Origin: Takakia lepidozioides
Lineage: Eukaryota; Plantae; Bryophyta
DNA: 64,000 nucleotides
Assembly (NCBI GenBank): GCA_030704615.1
Contig: CM060731.1
Span: forward strand, 74,896,001 to 74,960,000
Direction of reading: 5' to 3'
In this document: one piece after another, positions 62,770 through 64,000 of the stretch
Numbering within the stretch: position 1 is the first letter of the stretch
How the letters are laid out: every line of letters begins with the position of its first letter
Program-made: the position numbers and the translations under genes
Notes under the pieces: generated by a model
Told to the model about the DNA's origin: nothing
The model's input: the letters and a program-made list of their open reading frames with translations, nothing else
The model's database searches: none

Positions 62770-63240
62770 GGATTTGCGCATCAGTGGTAGCTTTGGTTTG
62801 CCAGAAGTGGTTTGAGAGTTTGTGGTGCAACACTTTGGATTTGGTCCATTTTTGAATATGGACCTTTGTATGGCTAATTGAATCAGCAGCTTGTTTATTG
62901 GCTTCACCGGTGAGAGTGGCTAAGAGATTACGTATTGGTCGGGGTGCAGGGGGGTTTGGGACAGGGTGAATAAACCAGAATGGGTGAGTGTGGGCAATGT
63001 GGATAGGGTCGTCCGTAGGATAGACTTTGGGTTTAGTGGCGCCAAGTTGGGCGAGTAGATCCGCTTCCTCATTACCTTGGATGCTAGTGTGGGAGCGGAC
63101 TTTGAGGAATTGGATTGTGTCCCGAAGTATTACTAGTCCTTATAGGAAACGCAAATGCGATAATGAGACATAAATGTTGTGCATGTTCAAGGGGTGTCCG
63201 TCTAGTGGTTTGTATAAGTCGATGATTATTACATTTATTT
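62770..63240 (-). mobile_element. Non-LTR retroelement RNase H fragment
   Basis: IQFLKVRSHTSIQGNEEADLLAQLGA read on the minus strand at ~63040-63120. Confidence 0.65.
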
Positions 63241-63249
63241 TGCTGCTGG

Positions 63250-64000
63250 AAATTGCCACCCATATGTGGACCATGCGCCTATCCTTGCCAACTGGCAGAA
63301 CCCTGCGTTCCCACTTGATTGACGCCCAACTAGTCTTGTGGAGCTTTGAATGATCCCTATCGCCGCCTGAAGATTCCAACACTGCAACATGGAATGGTTC
63401 TTCCCCCAATAACCACATTTATTATCCACTGTGTTAGATACAATTTGAGGTGAAGGACACTCAATAGTAATATGCCCAATTCTTCAAATTTCCTCGCCAA
63501 TGCCATGATCACATCCTCCTGAGGTCCTAGGGCTGGTAATGCCAACGGTTTAAGTACCTTCTCCTCCACTGACACCGGGGCATACATGCCTATAGCTGCA
63601 GTTGCTATGGGGGGGGGGTACGGCCTAAGGTGACCCTGCTCCAAAGTAGGCATCCCAAGTTCCTCCAATCATGGATGAAGGAGGCGCAGGCATATGCTAA
63701 GTTGTGACATGAATTGTTTCCCGTTTGGCTCGATTAATATAAGCTTGGAGGTCATCTGGTGCAGCCTCTTTCACAAATCTTACCAACTCGTGGGGACGCA
63801 ACCCTTCAATGAATAAACCCATCTGCATATGGTCAGGGATTGCATGATTGTTCCATCTCCTCAGAATATCCTCCAGCCTTCCGGCATAAGAATCAATAGA
63901 CTCTCTGGGGCAATCTGAATCCGAGTGAGCTGCTCCCTAAGTCGATCAGCAAATCCCAAAGGTCCAAACAGTACCTGCACAAAGGCGGTCTTCAATGCAT
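63250..64000 (-). mobile_element. Decayed Ty3 gag fragment
   Basis: LKTAFVQ..LREQL..IDSYAGRLEDILRRW..FIEG and a Cys/His knuckle remnant. Confidence 0.6.

Overview
Eukaryotic, intron-containing, TE-dense plant DNA. PLS-PPR fragments, a CYP72-clan P450, ITPK and AKR2 remnants, and Ty3/Ty1 elements fit a land plant; a non-seed plant such as a fern or lycophyte is my inference. The first 22 kb appears to be one giant Mutator(MULE)-like element whose left end lies outside the window. It carries a spliced, now disrupted gene fusing a ParB/Srx-type domain to a beta-class N6A/N4C DNA-methyltransferase fold. Its non-coding DNA and introns contain dozens of copies of a 22-bp palindrome (GGAAATGCGGnnCCGCATTTCC), many on an exact 53-bp period. 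A TSD-flanked chromovirus LTR element (1232-11889) is inserted into this array. Its PR-RT-RH region is replaced by captured DNA that creates an intact, in-frame Gag-GCM-MULE transposase-SWIM fusion ORF related to the host element. The rest of the window holds a Pack-CACTA, a near-intact non-chromovirus Ty3 element with an extra 5' ORF, an intact 5-exon P450, a TTAA-flanked piggyBac-like MITE, two LTR types with tRNA-derived Pol III promoters (one a 366-bp TRIM), and nested Ty1/copia debris.
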